From contig JAXLNO010000584.1 of the NCBI GenBank assembly GCA_038087875.1, positions 1 to 64,000 on the forward strand: 64,000 nucleotides of DNA. Reading direction: 5' to 3'. The number at the start of each line of letters is the position of its first letter. The stretch's first letter is position 1. The notes beneath the pieces were generated by a model that was not told the origin of the DNA, did no database searches, and saw only the letters and a list, made by a program, of their open reading frames with translations. Source of the stretch: Malacoraja senta. Its lineage: Eukaryota. The position numbers were made by a program, and so were the translations under genes. Positions 59,301 through 64,000 of this stretch are shown in pieces.

Positions 59301-62300
59301 CAAACGAACTTTAGCATTTTCAAAGCAAACCTTTTGGCATTTTTTTAATAGCAAACCACCATTTGCATTTTCAAAGCAAACCACCATTTGGATTTTCAAA
59401 GCAAACCACTTTTGCATTTTCAAAGCAAACCACAGTTAGCATTTTCAAAACAAACCACCTTTTGCACTTTCAAAGCAAACGACCTTTTGCATTTTCAAAG
59501 CAAACCACCTTTTCCATTTTAAAAGCAAACCACTTTTTGGCATTTTTATACCAAACCACCCTTTGCATTTTCAAAGCAAACCACCTTTTCCGTTTTCCAA
59601 GCAAACCACCTACTACATTTTCAAAGCAAACCAACTTTTGCATTTTCAAAGCAGACCACCTTTTGCATTTTCAAAGGAAACACCTTTTCCATTTTCAAAG
59701 CAAATCACCATTTGCATTTTCAAAGCAAACCTTTGTGCATTATCAAACCAATCCATCTTTTGTATTTTCAAAGCAAACACCTTTTCAAAGCAAACCACCT
59801 TTTCAACGCAAACCACCTTTTGCATTTTCAAGGCAAACCACCTTTTGCATTTTTACAGCAAACCACCTTTTGCAATTTCAAAGCAAACCACCTTTTGCTT
59901 TTTCAAAGCAAACCACCATTTGCATTTCCATTAAAAAGCAGCTTTTGCATTTTCAATGCAAACCAGCAAACCACCTTTTGCATTTTCAAAGCAAGCGAAC
60001 TTTTGCATTTTCAAAGCAAACAACCTTTTGCAATTTCAAAGCAAACCACCATTTGCCCTTCAAAGCAAACCACCATTTGCATTTTCAAAGCACATCACCT
60101 TTTCCATTTTCAAAGTAAATCACCTTTTGCATTTTCCATGCAAACCAGCAAACCAACTTTTGCAAATTCAAAGCATACCACCTTTTTCATTTGCAAAGCA
60201 AACCACCTTTTGCATTTTCAAACAAACCACTTTTTCAATATTCAAAACAAACCATCTACAGCATTTTTAAAGGAAACCACCTACAGCATTTTCAAGGCAA
60301 ACCATCTTTTGCATTTTCAAACCAAACCTCCTTTTGCATTTTTAAAGCAAACCACATTTTGCATTTCCAAAGCACCCCACCTTTTGCATTTTCAAAGCAA
60401 ACCACCTTTTGCATTTTCAATGCAAACCAGCGACCAACTTTTGCATTTTCAAAGCAAACCACCTTTAGCATTTTCAAAACAAACGACATTTTGCATTTTC
60501 AAAGCAAACCACATTTTGCATTTTCAGAGCAAACCGCCTTTTGGCATGTTATAGCAAACCACATTTTGCATTTTCAAAGCAAACCACATTTTGCATTTTC
60601 AGAGCAAATAGCCTTTTGGCATGTTATAGCAAACAACCTTTTGCATTTTCAAAACAAACCACCATTTGCATTTTCAAAGCAAACCACCTTTTTCATTTTC
60701 AAAGCAAACGACCTTTTGCATTTTCAAAGCAAACCACCTTTTACATTTTCAAAGCAAACCACCTTTTCCATTTTCAAAGCAAACCATCTACTGCATTTTT
60801 AAAGCAAACCACCTTTTGCATTTTCAAAGCACACCACATTTTGCATTTTCAAATCAAACCACCTTTAGCATTTTCAATGCAAACCAGCAAACCAACTTTT
60901 GCATTTTCAAATTAAACCACATTTTGCATTTTCAAAGCAATCCGCCTTTTGGCATTTTATAGCAAACCACCGTTTGCATTTTTAAAGCAAACCACCATTT
61001 CCATTTTCAAAGCTAACCACTTTTTGCAATTTCAAAGCAAACCACCTTTTGCATTTTTAATGCAAACCACCTTTTGCATTTTAAAAGCAAACCACCTTTT
61101 GCATTTTCAAAGCAAACCAACTTTTGCATTTCCAAAGCAAACCACGTTTTGGCATTTTTATACCAAACCACCTTTTGCATTTTCAAAACAAACCACCTTT
61201 TACATTTTCAAAGCAAACCACCATTTGTATTTTTAAAGCAAACCACCTTTTGCATTTTAAAAGCAAACCACCTTTTGCATTTGCAAAGCAAACCATTTTT
61301 TGCAATTTCAAAGCAAACCACCTTTTGCATTTTCAAAGCAAACCACCTTTTCCATTTTCAAAGCGAACAATCTACTGCATTTTTAAAGCAAACCTTTTTG
61401 CATTTTCAAAGCAAAAGACCTTTTCCATTTTCAAACCAAACCACTTTTTGCATTTTCAAAGCAAACCAACTTTTGCATTTTCAATGCAAACCACTTTTTG
61501 CATTTTGAAAGCAAACCACCTATAGCATTTTCAAAGCAAACCACCTTTTGCATTTTCAAAGCAAACCACCTTTTGCATTTTTAAAGCAAACCACCTTTTG
61601 CATTTTCAAAGCACACCACCTTTTGCATTTTCAAAGCAAACCACCGTTTGCATTTTCAATGCAAACAAGCAAACCAACTTTTGCATTTTCAAAGCAAACC
61701 TCCTTTTGCATTTTCAAAACAAACGACATTTTGCATTTTCAAAGCAAACCACCATTTGCATTTTCAAAGCAAACCACTTTTTGCAATTTCACAGCAAACC
61801 GCCTTTTGCATTTTCAATCCAAACCACATTTTGCATTTTAAAAGCAAGCCACCTTTTGCATTTTCAAAGCAAACCACCTTTTGCATTTTTAATGCAAACC
61901 ACCTTTTGCTTTTTCAAAGCAAACCACCATTTGCCCTTCAAAGCAAACCACTATTTGTATTTTCAAAGCAAACCTTTTGCATTTTCAAACTAAACCCTTT
62001 GCATTTTCAAAGCAAACCTTTTGCATTTCCAAAGCAAACTACATTTTTCATTTTCAAAGCAAACCACCTTTTGCATTTTCAAAGCAAATCACCTTTGGCA
62101 ATTTTCAAAGAAAACCACATTTTGCATTTTCACAGCAAACCACCATTTCCATTTTCAAAGCAAGCCACCTTTTGCATTTTCAAAGCAAACCACCTTTTGC
62201 ATTTTTAATGCAAACCACCTTTTGCTTTTTCAAAGCAAACCACCATTTGCCCTTCAAAGCAAACCACTATTTGTATTTTCAAAGCAAACCTTTTGCATTT

Positions 62301-64000
62301 TCAAAGTAAACCCTTTGCATTTTCAAAGCAAACCTTTTGCATTTCCAAAGCAAACTACATTTTTCATTTTCAAAGCAAACCACCTTTTGCATTTTCAAAG
62401 CAAACCACCTTTTCCATTTTCAAAGCGAACAATCTACTGCATTTTTAAAGCAAACCTTTTTGCATTTTCAAAGCAAAAGACCTTTTCCATTTTCAAACCA
62501 AACCACTTTTTGCATTTTCAAAGCAAACCACCTTTTGCATTTTCAATGCAAACCACTTTTTACATTTTGAAAGCAAACCACCTATAGCATTTTCAAAGCA
62601 AACCACCTTTTGCATTTTCAAAGCAAACCACCTTTTGCATTTTTAAAGCAAACCATCTTTTGCATTTTCAAAGCACACCACCTTTTGCATTTTCAAAGCA
62701 AACCACCGTTTGCATTTTCAATGCAAACAAGCAAACCAACTTTTGCATTTTCAAAGCAAACCTCCTTTTGCATTTTCAAAACAAACGACATTTTGCATTT
62801 TCAAAGCAAACCACCATTTGCATTTTCGAAGCAAACCACTTTTTGCAATTTCAAAGCAAACCGCCTTTTGCATTTTCAATCCAAACCACATTTTGCATTT
62901 TAAAAGCAAGCCACCTTTTGCATTTTCAAAGCAAACCACCTTTTGCATTTTTAAAACAAACCACCTTTTGCTTTTTCAAAGCAAACCACCATTTGCCCTT
63001 CAAAGCAAACCACTATTTGTATTTTCAAAGCAAACCTTTTGCATTTTCAAAGTAAACCCTTTGGATTTTCAAAGCAAACCTTTTGCATTTCCAAAGCAAA
63101 CTACATTTTTCATTTTCAAAGCAAACCACCTTTTGCATTTTCAAAGCAAATCACCTTTGGCAATTTTCAAAGAAAACCACATTTTGCATTTTCACAGCAA
63201 ACAACCTGTTCCATTTTCAAAGCAAACCTCCTTTTGCATTTTTAAAGCAACCAACCTTTTGCATTTTCAAAGCACCCCACCTTTTGTATTTTCAAAGCAA
63301 ACCACCTTTTGCATTTTCAAAGCAAACCACCTTTTGTATTTTCAAAGCAAACCACCTTTTGCATTTTCAAAGCACACCACTTTTTTGAAATTTCAAATCA
63401 AACCACCTTTTGCATTTTCAAAGCAAACCACCTTTTCCATTTTCAAAGCAAACCATCTACTGCATTTTTAAAGCAACCCTTTTTGCATTTTCAAAGCAAA
63501 CCACGTTTTGCATTTTCAAAGGAAACCATCTTTTCCATTTTCAAAGCAAACCATCTACTGCTTTTTTAAAGCAAACCTTTTTGCATTTTCAAAGCAAACC
63601 ATCGTTTGCAATTTCAAAGCAAACCACCTTTTGCATTGTCAATGCAAACCAGCAAACCAACTTTTGCATTTTCGTAGCAAACCACCTTTTGCATTTTCAA
63701 AACAAACGACCCTTTGCATTTTCAAAGCAAACCACATTTTGCCTATTCAAAGCAAACCTCCGTTTGCCGTTTTTATAGCAAACCACCTTTTGCATTTTAA
63801 AAGCAAACCACCTTTTGCATTTTCAAAGCAAACCACCGTTTGCATTTTCAAAGCAACCACCTTTTGCTTTTTCAAAGCAAAGCACCATTTGACCTTCAAA
63901 GCAAACCACTATTTGCATTTTCAAAGCATACCTTTTGCATTTTCAAAGTAAACCGTTGGCATTTTCAAAGCAAACCATTTGCATTTTCAAAGCAAACGAC
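44390..64000 (-). repeat. 25-bp satellite array, opposite orientation, running off the window
   Basis: TTTTGCATTTTCAAAGCAAACCACC monomers, starting with the same five 29-bp CACTTGCC variants; multi-kb block duplications (2779- and 2630-bp offsets). Confidence 0.98.
52491..53337 (+). mobile_element. ~850-bp CpG-rich non-autonomous retroposon inserted in the satellite
   Basis: Abrupt boundaries; starts CAAGATGGCGG; ends TGTAAAGCACTTTGG...AAATGTGCTATATAAATAAAC(TTA)8, a stem-loop, AATAAA and trinucleotide tail typical of L2-group LINE/SINE 3' ends. No recognisable ORF and no clear TSD. Confidence 0.75.

Overview
Repeat-dominated vertebrate DNA, very probably from a cartilaginous fish (inferred from CR1/HER1-type LINE 3' ends and a two-exon GPR139-like receptor). 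Layout: (i) 1-7.6 kb is a nest of CR1 LINE copies, microsatellites and minisatellites. (ii) 7.6-29.4 kb is a 25-bp satellite (GGTGGTTTGCTTTGAAAATGCAAAA) with higher-order repeats. (iii) 29.4-44.4 kb is a ~15-kb island that is a near-perfect mirror image about a 200-N assembly gap (36681-36880); each arm reads Helitron-like element, 27-bp VNTR, two-exon class A GPCR gene, CR1 fragment, polypurine tract. (iv) 44.4-64 kb is the same satellite in the opposite orientation, interrupted by one CpG-rich ~850-bp retroposon. The only host protein-coding gene I can support is the GPCR, present as two convergent copies with different frameshifts. The large inverted duplication is the most striking structure, but because its axis is a scaffold gap it may be a false (haplotype) duplication; the sequence alone cannot decide. 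Nearly all long ORFs in the track are repeat artefacts. Copy numbers and identities were estimated by eye.
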